Assembly: GCA_951406725.2 (NCBI GenBank)
Contig: OX597814.1
Location: 90,148,001-90,212,000 of the forward strand
DNA: 64,000 nucleotides
Source: Octopus vulgaris
Lineage: Eukaryota
Reading direction: 5' to 3'
Every line of letters begins with the position of its first letter. The stretch's first letter is position 1. Shown piece after piece: positions 41,585-54,540 of the stretch. Below the pieces are notes generated by a model. The model searched no databases and was not told where the DNA came from. It worked only from the letters and a program-made list of their open reading frames with translations. The translations under genes were made by a program, and so were the position numbers.

Positions 41585-44559
41585 TACTTTCATCGATTCA
41601 TCTGGCTGTGATTTGAACAAATATTTTATTTATTTCTAATTTGAATTTCTTTGCCTGTTCAATAACGTACGTGCTGAAGATCCATTTTCAACAATTGAAT
41701 AATTCCAGTAATACTATCTCCATTAAGTATCAAAACACCTTAGACATGAGCTTCTTTTTCTTCAGCGAAAACATTCATTAAGTATTGAATTGGATGATAA
41801 GCCAAACGAATCTTTGCAGGTGATTCAAATTTGGGAATTAATTGGAATGTTTCCAAATAATATGATTGCACTGGAAACTTTTATAAGTTTACCAGAAACT
41901 GAAGCGTTTAGACGTGTTGAAGCGGTGAAGAATGGCCATCGCTTAACTGGAGGGAACCGTTTGAGTTGAGTTGCTACGTGTATAATAATTGTCAATACTG
42001 CTCGTGTAGTTTTACAGTATGGTTGTGCGTAGTTTATAGCTCGTAAAGCAATCGTAGAACGATAAATTTCATTTATTCTCTAACTTGAAGTGAACGTGAG
42101 GAGTTAGTTTGCAAATAAAATCGGAGGAAATATAATCGAATTCGTTAGTTACGCTACCGACATATTAACAATGCCGTTTATTGAGCCATTGCTATAAACA
42201 ATACCAGCATTCTTTAACGTTAATTAGGGAGCTTGTGTTATTGAAAGTAAAATAGTTCATTTATGGAGAGGCTTAGTACAATTTACGATTGAATCAAGAG
42301 TATGTGATCCGTGTACACTTGTATTATTTGAAACTGCTAAAAGTAATCTTTAAGCATTATATCCAGACTGATGAGATGGGGGTGCTCTTCCAGAAATGAC
42401 TGGCTGTCAAAGGAAAGATGATCTTCTTAGATTACATTAATACACATTCTTTTAATAAATAACAATAAATCTTGGCATAGTACCAGTGAGAAACTATCCG
42501 TAAATACTCTTGGAAACATTCCGTTTTTTAGTTTTAGTTAGCAGATAAAAAGGTATATTAAATATATTCTTATATTGAGTGTGATAAACCGATAGGAAAT
42601 GTGAGGTAAAATAGCAATGCACTCATAAGTATTGATGCTGGTGGGTTGTACACATCCAACCGTATTGGTCTGAATGAATGGTGAAGCCTTCCGAAAGAGA
42701 TGGATATTTCAATACCCACCTAAACATCTTAACTAAAATATCCTAGTGAAAGGTAAGAGGTTGCTAAAAGTCGATAACGGCAGCAAAGACGTGGGAGGCA
42801 CGGATTGGTTGTAAGAAAGGTAAATTGTCCTACAAACCTTATGCTCACACCTCTTATTTATTTCCAAATATTTTGTCAGGGTTCTAAAATAAATAGCCTA
42901 TAGAAGCTAGTGAACATTACTTATTGTGGAAGCAAGGTAGTCCAAGGATCGGGAAAGCTGTTGAAGAGAAATGTGAGAAAGCAGCACTTCATTGTCCATT
43001 TCAGGCCCATAAATTTGAGAAGGACCGTGTTAAAGATATTTTTGTCATAAGCTCTTTATGGTAGACGTAAAAGGTAATAGTGAAGAAAGTAAATTTCTTC
43101 CTGTGTTATTCAATTATCAACTACATTAAATAACAATACGAGAGAAAGTGAGGATGGAAAGGGAGAAAACTATCAATCAGTACATTCTCTGAGATTGAGG
43201 TGAAATTTGTACGTTTGGCGTGCCGGATTGCGCCTTCTGAACATATTTGATGTGTGGCACATCAGATTCCATCATTCGAACAAAACACCCTAATTTGAAA
43301 TTAAGGAATTAATAATTAGCAGAATTCTATTGACCAACAATAGCTACCACTCTATTCTGATATACATACTTGGAATAATTTTAGATCAATGTCTTTAGAA
43401 ATATGAATAATCATATTTCTAGGCACATGGCTAACAGAGATGATAAATTCAATTTTTTTCTTTGCATTTAATTCACAGTTCAATTTTATGGAGTTGTTTT
43501 ATCTTTTTTTTTTATCATTGTTTTAAATCAAACTTTATCCTTTGTATAGAAATAATTTCCTTCGCTCCCTCATAACACTGATCTAATCTGGTTTGCTTTG
43601 CACTGTTTTAAGGAGTATTCCAAACACATTGCTTAATTTTCTTTAAGGTTTGGTATATTCAATGCACTTGGATTTTAGATTTCAACTTTTCAAGAGTGCA
43701 TGTAGCTTTCTAAATGTTCTATCGAAGCTCTTGAAATCTACATATCTTTCAGTTTATTAATCGAAGCTGAAGCTTATGACTGAAATGATATTTATATCTC
43801 TATTATCATACTTTGGGAATTGAATTTTTGATAATAGTCTGGTTGTCTGCAGTTCACTTTCTAATTTTCTTCTTGTTTTCTATGCTTTATATTATTATCT
43901 TCATCTACATCTACGTATTTGATTGGGTCATTGATCTCTAGTTTCGGTGTCTGGATCATATCTATTGTCCTCCGATTTCATTATTTTGCTTGTTTTAAAT
44001 CTTTGACATAAGTATAACGACATACTGATTGTTTATATTTCGGTCGAATTCTCGTAATTTGTTCGTAGCTGGGTGCTATCCATTATAAATCTGAAATGAT
44101 ACTAGTCAATCACTGACGTCAATTACTTGGTAGTATGTAACATGGTCGCGCTAATTGTTTTTGATGCCTATAAGGCCGAGAGAAGATATAGATACTATCT
44201 AGGCTCTCGTAAACTGGACCCAGAGGGATGTCTATGATATACTTAGCTGCATACACTGAAGCAACGAGAAAGGAATTGTTTAGTTAAAGGATGCAGTGTA
44301 TCACCCGGTCCAGGCACCAAACCCACGCTATAAGCGGGTATTTCATCTAATTTAGCAATTAATTTACTTGTATAGGCTTGTCATATTCTCAAAGCAGTAC
44401 TTTCATCGATTCTTTGACTGTGACTTGAACAAATATTTTATTTATTTGTAATTTGAATTTCTTTGCCTGTGCAATTATCTACGTGCTGAAGAACCGTTTC
44501 CCGCAATTGAATAATCCCAGTAATAGTATCTCCATGAAGTATCAAAAAACCTTAGACAT
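41585..44559. repeat. Diverged ~163-bp direct repeat pair (41585-41747 and 44398-44559)
   Basis: tactttcatcgattc...ttgaacaaatattttatttattt.taatttgaatttctttgcctgt...ccttagacat occurs in both. Confidence 0.92.
42700..43270 (-). mobile_element. Possible very old L1/Tx1-like LINE remnant
   Basis: Minus-strand IYGP and IDF APE-like motifs in a plausible order; very decayed. Confidence 0.3.
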
Positions 44560-46456
44560 ATTTGCCATATTTTCAAAGCAGTCGATACCTTTTTATTTTG
44601 CAAATATTGTATGTATTTCATTATCTTCAAGGATGACTTCGCTTTAGTTAATGTTATATTTTTCATTTCATATTTAGGTATTTCCGTTTCTATATCTCAA
44701 ATTATGATAGTTGTTTCATCTCCCTTTCTTAAATTTATAGAATATTTTCTGCTCATTGCTATTTGGTGCCTTTCACTGAAGTCGTCCTTGTTCTAATCCT
44801 ACCTAATTTATCTCATTTACTGATATCATAGCCGAGTATATTCATGCTGAGACAGTTTTATTTCCAGTCACTGGTGGGTTTTCTTGATATTTAAGATTAC
44901 TCTGAGTTATCATGTCTTTTTATTTGTTATCGATTTTGTTGTGTGTCTACTCACTTATGATCGAGTAAATTATTGTTTAAAAGCATTGCAGGATTAACCA
45001 TACTATCTATTTCTATGTCAAGAAATACATTGCTTAATGTGTCTTTCCCATTTCAATGTGGTAGTGTGGGATGAGGAGAAGTTTAACTGCAATTTTGTGA
45101 ACGTTATGTGATCACATAGAGGACACTTAATTAGCTCTTGTTTGTTCTGTTTACTGTTATGTATACCACAGAGGTTATATTCTTTTGAGACTGCATATTT
45201 GGTTGGTTGCTGCCTTTCTGATATAGAAGGTTATTGAGCAGTTTTGTGTTTTATGCGTCTGTTTTGTTTCTCTGTGATAAATAGTTCCCCCAACCGGTTT
45301 TGTAGGTCTGTGATAATTCCTTTGGAAGCTCATTTATTGCACGTTTTCTCATTTCTATTGTGATATTTCCGTTCCTTGTGAAGTGATATGTGTGATGTGT
45401 ATGGTATAACTGTGAATCTTGTTGTTTTTTTTTGTGTGTGTAGGAGCTCGTTTACTTTTGTGATTGTTATTTTTGTTTATTTTCGGTGCGCATTATTTGT
45501 GTGAGTTGTTCTATATCTGTTTCAGAGATTACTTAATAGCCTAATATAAATCTCTGCACATCCTCTAAAGTAGTTTACTTTGCTTTGTTTTACATTCTCT
45601 ATCTGTTTTTCTATAACTCATCCGTGCTTTCCATTCTGCTTAAGTTAGTCCCATATATTATGAAATATAATGTACGCTCAAAAGTAAAAGCGCGTCTTTT
45701 CGAGCAGTGCAAAGCTAAGATATCTCTTAAAAATTAACCGTTAGAGTGGGCATCACTTGTATCCATTTACCTTATTGGAATTTACTGGCATATAAGCAGA
45801 AATGAATACCCTGCATCTCAATATAATTGCATTCAGTTCTGCGTCCTCAACAGCGACCAAATTCAGATTATCCTTCAGGTCAACAGAAGAGTATGAATAT
45901 CTGTACGTACATGTAAACCTCACCGGACTGTCTTTCATTGATAAATGCTTACTAATTTAACTGGCGAAGAAGTTTGTACTTTGAAACATTCCGTTCCATA
46001 GTGGAATTGTTTTTCTCTTTATTTTATAACATGTAATTGTTAGTGCTTATACATATACCTGGTTGATTGTCATGATTTTCATTCTTTTTTGTAGTCTCTA
46101 TTAAAACATGTGCTTTTGTTTGTAAATTTATTTAACATTCTCTTTGTTCTTGAATTAATATGCATTTCCTCTGTGTTTATGGCTAGCATCACTTATCCCC
46201 GACCCAGACGAAGAATAAACGGAATAAAATTCATATTAAATAAGCAGTTAACATTGTTAACGAAATTATATAATACGAAAAACATATCTAACAACTAAAA
46301 TTTCATTTTACTTCAAGCTAGTATTCATTCATATTATACGCTGTAAATCTACATTTTTGCACAGAGCTATCACAAATACGTCTGCACACCCCAAGCAACA
46401 ACACAAACAAAACCAACAAAAAATGATAATGATGATGATAGCAATAATAATAATAC

Positions 46457-46622
<166 letters not shown>

Positions 46623-46926
46623 TTTATTACACAACATATGCAAATGAACGATCATTACCAATGATTTTTTGTTATTCATATCAAGGAAGCTATTCCTGCA
46701 TTAATTTAGTTTTCACAATATACGTTAAACTATTTTATAATTGGGGAAGCACTAATTATATTATCATATTATTGATAAGAACATAATCAAATTACCTTCT
46801 ATATTAATCAACTTAGAAATGTATTGACGTCAGCCTTAACTTCCATATAGGGTACATTGACATTGATTTTCAATCTGGTCATCGTCAGTTTATTTTAGAA
46901 ACTTAATTGTACGAATACCATACGTC

Positions 46927-46976
<50 letters not shown>

Positions 46977-49042
46977 TGTTCATACATATATGTGCGTACA
47001 TATATATATGTGTGTGTGAGTATGTATATGTAAGAGATATATGTTCATGCATATATATATATATATATATCTGTATACTAATAAAAACACATATACATAT
47101 ATACATATATACACATCTGAGTGTATCTATATATCCGTATTTCTATGTATGTATTCGTATATTAACTACGGTACTTAAAATCTCAGTCTTTTTATTCTGA
47201 TATTTTAAGGCAATGTTGCCAAATTTAATTCTATTTTTATATATCATGCACCACTGCATTCATTTCTGCCTCGTTGTTTAATAGGCAACGAAATTCCTTT
47301 CCCCTTTCTTACTTCAGCGGTATTACGCTTAGAAAGTAACTATATAATTCTGATAGATTCGACGCTACAGTTATGTAATAAGGTTTAGTAAAGTAGTTAG
47401 ACATTTTAGAATGTATCATTCACTTTTAAAATTTGTAATGTAAACGGGAATAATGCTATCATTATATGCATTATCAATTTACAGCACATGCAAATGATCG
47501 CTCAACCATCTATTTCTCAAACTACGACAGAGAGTAAATAGATTCTGAATGTGCTTGTGTCCTAATTTTATTCTTCAACTAAATTAAATACACTTGGCAC
47601 ATTGGATATTCGGTATTTGTCCATGAGTAGTTGGCTCACAGAGACCTCCATATTGAGCTCTATATAGTGTATATGACTGTTGCTGGTATTGTTCTTGTCG
47701 TTTTACCTAAGGCAATGACCTACTACTAATGCGAAATATGTGACTACCCCATATTTCTAATCAGTCATTGTCTATTTTGGTTTACACTATTGAATATATC
47801 CCCCTTTTAAAAGAAAATATATGATATGCAAAAGATTTGACTACTATTTCTAGAAGATCGATCGAATACGCAAACATGTCTATGTTGGTTAAAGTTATAC
47901 TATTGATGTAACTTGAATAAATACCTGGAAATCGTAATGTATCACCGGTATTTGCTGTATATTAAAATATTTCCCCAACGAAGTGGTTTTGGTGACGATG
48001 CATTGGTTACGCAGCGAATGCATTCCACTCCTTCGTGCTATATTTATGTTACAAATTTTCTTCGCGTAAACATTTAAAAACGATCTTCATGTAAGGAAAT
48101 GAGCAATCTATTAAAACATTCTCGAAAGATTTGCCATGTCAGTATCTATCTGCATTACGTTTGTAAATCCCTTCGAAAATGGCACAAATTTATACATGCA
48201 GGATAAAAATAAAATGTTATTCATCAACTAATAGATCCTTCATTGAAAATTTGATTCAACGCTCATGGAATTAAATATTTTTCACCAAATTAATTATTGA
48301 TTTCGCAAGTTATTGTTTATTTGGGAGACAGCATATATTTTGTTAATGACCAGTAGTTGAAGACAATATATTTTGCATCTGGCATGTGAGAAATAATTGT
48401 ACACAAAGTCATAGTTCAAGAGAAGTATCAGAGCACTGAAAATGTATTTCTGAAACATATTATATGATAACAAAAAAAGAAATTATAAGCAGTTTATGCC
48501 CATCAATAAGACGCATATTGATATATGTTCTGTAAATTCAAGTATAAACAAAATCATCATAGAAACACAATCACTGCACATGAACACATGTACACATTTA
48601 TACATGTATGCCGATGTACCCAATGGTAGCATAAAAAATTGCAATTCAGTGGTATGAAGAAATCAAAAAATCACAAGAATTGTTAGGGACTCTCAAAACA
48701 AAGGGGACCTAATTTCAATATATAGGTATATATATATATATCAAACAAGACTGTAGAGATTCTGCTAAAATCATTCATTTAAAGCTTCCTTACACGTGTT
48801 TCAGTAACGATTGGTAGGCTGACTTGTGAATGTTTACTTTTACGTAATTACCACATCATTACATCATCTGAATTATATTTACTACTGCTTAAGCTATCTT
48901 TCAGGATATAATGTAATTCATTCACAGTCTTATATATCATATGTAAAGATACTCTTATTTCAGAGTAAAAATTTTCCAGTTGATTTTATGTTTAGTTCGT
49001 GACCTTTATAATCATGGAAACAAATGGTAAGAAATAATACGA

Positions 49043-49320
49043 ATTTAATAAACACTATCAAACGTAAAGTATGTAATAAAGATTGTAATAGGTCAAACAG
49101 AACTTACTCTAAGAAATAAACTGGCCACTCACCGACAAATAAGAGATCCAGTATTAGACAGATTCCACTAAGTGGTCACATAGACATATGTGCCAAAAAT
49201 AAGTCTCCCAAATTCTAGGTCTACCCATTCTTCGTATGTTCAGCAAATACCACAAATGAAGTACGGATAGACAAAGAAAGTAATTACATGCAAAAGTACA
49301 AACCAAGACTTAGCAAACTT
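49043..49320 (+). mobile_element. Penelope-like element GIY-YIG endonuclease remnant
   Basis: NLINTIKRKVCNKD/IGQTELTLRNKLATHRQ/RQIPLSGHIDICA...RIDKESNYMQKYKPRL (compare NLIY.I.C..C...YIGQT...L..R...H and E...I....P.LN). Confidence 0.78.
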
Positions 49321-50030
49321 GAACAGAGTACATAAGCAAATAACTATTCACGTACAAAATTCATTCTAACACTTATCATGAGGGAGCTACACAGCTAACA
49401 AGCTAGGTTTTAGCTATTGGACTACCTACAAAGGACTCCTATCCACTCTCCCACCAGATAGATTAAATTTGGAGTGCCTTGATTATAACTAAACATGTCC
49501 ACTCAACCGTGTTGGCCTTTTAGACTCAAAATATGTTGTTTCGTGACACTAACGCAAGGGCATAGCGGGAAACGTACAAAAGGTTATAAACTTAATCATG
49601 CGTCGTCTCTGCAAACACTTTCACAGAAAACATTCAGAGCATTGATATTTTTAACTTACGATGCAAAACATTGTGACTTGATACTAACACACGGATATAG
49701 CAGGGAAACTACTAAAGTTTCTAAGACCAGTTATGTGACTATCCTCTACCAATCAAATCCTCTTCAAAACGTACACTACTTTGAGTCATGAACTCTTTAT
49801 AACAACAGGACAAATTCAAACATTTGTCAGAAGCAAGACAGCTATGCCATAAGACACGTCTTTCTATTTGAGCTTTTTGAAAATCGGTGTAAATTGTGAA
49901 AGTGGTTAAAGCCTAAAAAAAAATATTTTAACTATTCTCAGTGCATTTTCAACTTCTATTTTTCCTGTATTTTTACTCGTATAGAATAAAATAACTTTGT
50001 TTTCTATATATATGTACATATAAATGACGG

Positions 50031-50168
50031 ACGGGGCCGTTGGTATCGCTTTCATTTTATCATTTTTTCGTTTAACAATTCATTTTCATAAATTTTAATT
50101 ATAATGTTCTATGTCCCCATGTCTTTTGGTGTCCCCCTCTGTGTCGCCCCTAGTGGGTAATAAAGAAA
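50031..50168 (+). mobile_element. Short 5'-truncated retroposed insert with a long target-site duplication
   Basis: Flanked by tctatatatatgtacatataaat(g/a)acgg at 50003-50030 and 50169-50196; ends in AATAAAgaaa. Confidence 0.65.
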
Positions 50169-50352
50169 TCTATATATATGTACATATAAATAACGGTTGT
50201 TATCACCTCAACGGGGTTGTTCCATACAGAACACTGTTACTACTATTTTTAACCCCAGGAGAACACCTCCTCTAGCTGGTTAACGACCACTGTCTGTGTC
50301 CGTTATATTGCAAACAAGGGCGAACGACTGTCATGTCTGGCAGACAGGTATA

Positions 50353-50400
50353 ACCAATAGCGACGAAGGATTATACCCAGAAACCAGCTGGTCTATTGGT
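50353..50400 (+). ncRNA. Degenerate type I hammerhead ribozyme
   Basis: ACCAAUA-gcGACGA-...-GAAAC-CAGCUG-GUC^UAUUGGU: 7-bp stem I, palindromic stem III, first two core bases mutated. Confidence 0.65.
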
Positions 50401-51053
50401 TCGTGTGAGCGCTACATGGGAGTTGTTCGCTTCCTTATTTGCAACATAACGGACACAGATAGTGTGTTGGTAACCAGCTGGATATGTCCTCCTAGTGTTA
50501 AATATACTAGCAACAATGCTTTGTATGGAACAACTACGTTGAGGTGGTAACGACCGTTACTTTTCAGTAAAATTACAACTTACATCTCGTGTAGAGACTT
50601 TAGACCTAGCTACATTTTGACCCAACCTGAGACGTCCACACTTCTTCATCTGGCCGAACTTGTTCTCACCCTCAACTGTTTCTCGTACGCGGGGGAGTTT
50701 TACCAACAGTTCTTGGTAGTGGCTATGGGAACCTGGTCGTTAGCTATGTTGAGGTCCAAATGTTTTCAAGATACACTGGTCCCAATTCCGATCTATACGG
50801 TCATTATATTGATGACTGTATCGGTGTTACCTAACTTCTTCCATCCTATCCTCGAATTCACCTGCGCTATTTCCAACATATATATCATAAAATATATCTG
50901 CCAACTAAGTGTGACGGTCCCATAGAGGACGATGTTACTGTTGATTTTAGCCCAGCAAGACATTTCCTCCAGTTGGCTAACGACATACTGTCTATGTACC
51001 ATTCGTATTTGCGAGGGGAGGTTATGGCTCACATCTCTACCCTTACGTGATGC

Positions 51054-51095
51054 ATACAGACCGAGTTTCTGGGTAGTTACCCGTCTTCAGTGTGT
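51054..51095 (-). ncRNA. Minimal type I hammerhead ribozyme
   Basis: ACACA-CUGAAGA-cGGGU aacu ACCCa-GAAAC-UCG-GUC^UGUAU. Confidence 0.72.
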
Positions 51096-52789
51096 AATAA
51101 TCACTAGCTAGTGATGAAAACTCATTCCACTCGCAAAATACTACATGCTCTTACCAGCCACAAACTGTGGCTGATCTCGAAAAAGGAGAAATAAGCTATA
51201 TAAAATCTCTGAGTGAGCGGTAAACAGTAAGAGTACGGAATCGTAAAATATATTTGCCAACTAAATGCAGCGGTCCCATATAGGACGATGTTACTATAGT
51301 TGACAGCCCCAGGAAGACATCGCTTCCAGCCTTTTCTGTTTACCTCTTACTCCGAGATTTAGTATAGCTTATTTCTCCTTTTTCGAGATCAGCCACAGTT
51401 TGTAGCTAGAAATAGTATGTAGTTAAACAATCTTCTTTTATGGACTATGAGGCCTTGCTTCAGATAGTTAATAAACTGCCAAGCTCAACGCACTTGTACA
51501 TTGTTGACAGAACTTGTTCCTTCGCAAATGACCATCAATTAACATCTCCGTATACTAGGCTTGGTGAACAGATGCTGTCGAAAAACTCCTAATAATCTGG
51601 CCCTCAACTAGGCTCAATGACGTTTAAACATTTGCAAATATCGATTATGTACGAAACAAGGAAACTTTTCAAGAGCAATACTGATCCCTGAGATCACAGA
51701 TCTGTTGCTTTTAAATGTTTTATTCTTTTAACTTGTTCCAGCAGGAAGAATTGCAGCTTGCACAGTTCACTGAGACAGCTCTTGGAGTTCTCTGAGAGGA
51801 ACAGGGGGAATTATGTATGGGATAGAAAATGTAGATTTTGGTGATTATATACCGGCAAAACGGAGGTTGAAGCAAGCACATGCGTCGGGCGACTATGTTT
51901 CTGGATGCCGTCCATTCGCTTCTCACCTGAGATTTGTAGAATAATAGGTGGAACCTGATCTGGAAAGTGATAAGGAATAACTAGTAGAGTAATCCCTTGG
52001 GGTTCTAGGTATTTGCCTTTCATGATTTGAGTAAACCTTTAGAGTGATCCTGAGTGTTCTATGTGTGTGTTCTTTGTGCTTAAGTTGGGGATCTAATCAT
52101 TATTTTGTATGTGTAGCATTTGCGTTTTTCGTTATTTTTGAGAATGACAAGATCGCATTCTCCACAGAGGAATATTTTGGAGGTCTTTATGCATAGAATC
52201 GACACGAGTTTGGTACGTGTTGTTGACTGTGAATGACAACTTGTTGGAGAGGGGCAGAAAGAAATTAAATGTAGAACTATCTGTGTGAGAATAAGCAGTG
52301 TGGGCTATGGCAGAAAGTAGAACCGATCCATTGTGACATACCTCAGGTGATAGCGTAAGGATTAAAAATGGCTTCCCCAGTACATGCTACAACATTGAAG
52401 TTTCATAGAAAGCTACCGTTGTAAGAGACAAGAGATGTGAGGGAGTCGGGGAACAAACGTTTTAGTAGGAAATTTACACGGTAGGCAAGCAAAAACATTG
52501 TTTACAGCCATAAATGGGATAAGTATTAATGTTATGCTAGTGAAAGGAAAGATAATTACATTGAGCTTAGTCAATGAAGGATTGTGTAATGTTAAAAATA
52601 TACTATACGTATTTGTACCATTTAATTAATCGTTGCTAAAAGTTGGACAACTGAGAGCTATATTTGCAGACGTAAGAAGTCTTTCTTTAACCCAAGGAAA
52701 AACGTTTCAGCCGATGTCTTATTAGAAACATTTTGCTTTATATCTCAAATATTTAGATATATTTTCAGTATTTTGGAATTTATATATAC

Positions 52790-52955
52790 CTTGAAACCTA
52801 GGTCCGTATGTGGCATCCGCTTCTTCGGGGAATGATCTCCCTTTGCAGGCTAGAGGACGCCGTGATGGCGTCAGCCCTCCTGGTGACGTTGATGATCGCC
52901 TAGGGCTAAATGCATCAGTAACACCCCCACCGCCCTGCCCTGTCCCTAGCCACAT
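52790..52955 (-). CDS. Probable first coding exon of an unidentified host gene (MWLGTGQGGGGVTDAFSPRRSSTSPGGLTPSRRPLACKGRSFPEEADATYGPRFQ, phase 1)
   Basis: GC-rich island in AT-rich DNA with no transposon motifs. The ATG is preceded by an in-frame TGA, the donor is CAAG|GTATAT, and a strong upstream acceptor ttcttctcttcattgtatatgttctctCAG| precedes 53334. Confidence 0.65.
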
Positions 52956-54260
52956 TCAGATGGCTAACGTCCCTTATGTTATGGAGCAGTTACTGTCTAT
53001 ATCTCGTTTAGAGAATTATTATTGCGGAATTTATATTACTCTCTGAAAATCTGATAACAAGAAGTGATTCCATTGCTATATAATATGGAATTATATTTAT
53101 TTTGGTGTTAACTCTTAAATCCAAAGCATGAATTCTGCTAGTTTTAATATGTCTACCAATAAATGGATATTTTCTAAAGGATATTGATTTGTTCCTTTTA
53201 AATTGTAGAAGTATAAAATAAGGTAACATGTTCGTACATCTATCGAACTCCTTGCGCTTCTTCAAGTTCAGAAGAGGAAGAGTAATTGTTCCATGTTTAT
53301 TAGTTGAAATCATACGCAAAGCAGAAGATTGGAACTGAGAGAACATATACAATGAAGAGAAGAAACAAACTTTAATTCTTAGCAGATATTTACAAAAGAA
53401 TAGAAACAGACATTTCCAATATAGCAATTTCGATTTCAGGCATGGAATTGTCACATTCGTCCTATACTCGAATAGCTATTCTTTCATTGAAACATTATTT
53501 GACTGCTTTATATCCCATATGTTACTTCACCCAAAATAATCCATATTATTACATTTGTCGTAGAATTTCATAGTGCTTAATATAGCACTGTTTTATAATA
53601 ATTCTTCCTTTGCTTTATCAAATATTCTGCAAGTTGGAATATCTAAGGTTACTTATTACACACGTCATACTTGAAATACAGTTAATTTCAAAGAAACAAA
53701 ATGAAAATGTACGCATGTGGTTTCCATCAATATATAACTTAAATAGGAACGTAATGCAATCGACTTTCTTCACCATTTATTTGTTGAGATTCAAAAGAAA
53801 GTCTTTTCATAGAAGAATAACACCAAGTGACGTTATGTTATCTCTCCTGTTGCATTTATTTCTTCTGAAACGATTATTGGCCTATGTGTCTTTACAAGAG
53901 AGGAAATATATATTGGTTACAGAGTTAGATAGCTTAAATTTATTTACTGGTTAATACAGAATATTTTATCTGTCTTTTGTATTTTACTAAAGCGCACTTC
54001 AGAACCTTGACTGAGTGAGTGAATTGGGTCCAGTTTGTGTATAGGAATTCCTTGCAGTTTGAAGTCTCCTAATGTATTTATGTTTGAACTACATTACAAA
54101 ATCTGTTCGATTACTGCAATCTATGCGAAATGTGTTGTTAAAAATTCTATACACCAATGTGTTTTCACGTAAATATACTTGCACACACACAAATACGAGT
54201 ATATGTATATATACATATATATATAGATAAGAAAGTTTGTTTGGTAAAGCACGTGGGTGA

Positions 54261-54540
54261 ATATATAAGAAAATAGTAAAGTGTGAAAAAACGACAGAAG
54301 GCTTAAATGTTAAAAAATATATATATTTGTATCAAAATGTCTGGAGACATAACGTCACAAGAAATTTGAAAAGCTACACGCGAAACCGGAAATTTCTTTA
54401 AAAATTTTAAAATTATGTCATTTTAAGGAAAGGAAAAAAATTTTTCCAATATTCTCCAGACATTTTGACACAAATATATATATTTTTTAACATTTAAGCC
54501 TTCTGTCGTTTTTTCACACTTTACTATTTTCTTTATATAT
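54261..54540. repeat. Inverted repeat (~87-bp arms, ~105-bp spacer) with a decayed hammerhead in the spacer, next to (TA)n
   Basis: aaaatagtaaagtgtgaaaaaacgacagaaggcttaaatgttaaaaaatatatatatttgt..caaaatgtctggaga and its reverse complement at 54453-54540. Confidence 0.9.

Larger units (their letters stand above)
50230..51422. mobile_element. Penelope-like mosaic: RT fragment (+, 50617-50876) with direct and inverted pseudo-LTR pieces
   Basis: TLLHLAELVLTLNCFSYAGEFYQQ..VAMGT / YVEVQMFSRYTGP..LYGHYIDDCIG / NFFHPILEFT. Direct repeat ~50888-50972 vs ~51244-51330; inverted repeat ~51140-51214 vs ~51349-51422. Confidence 0.82.

Noticed and set aside
45753-45938. Minus-strand ORF or exon ending AAG|GTAAAT
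   Set aside because: Poor acceptor and a phase incompatible with the 52790 donor; FISAYMP suggests LINE endonuclease debris.
51720-52330. Possible LINE ORF1 (Cys/His) remnant on the minus strand
   Set aside because: Composition is suggestive, but no motif could be read with confidence.
53008-53454. 148-aa minus-strand ORF
   Set aside because: Non-ATG start, AT-driven composition, and it crosses the predicted acceptor; more likely intron plus 5' UTR.
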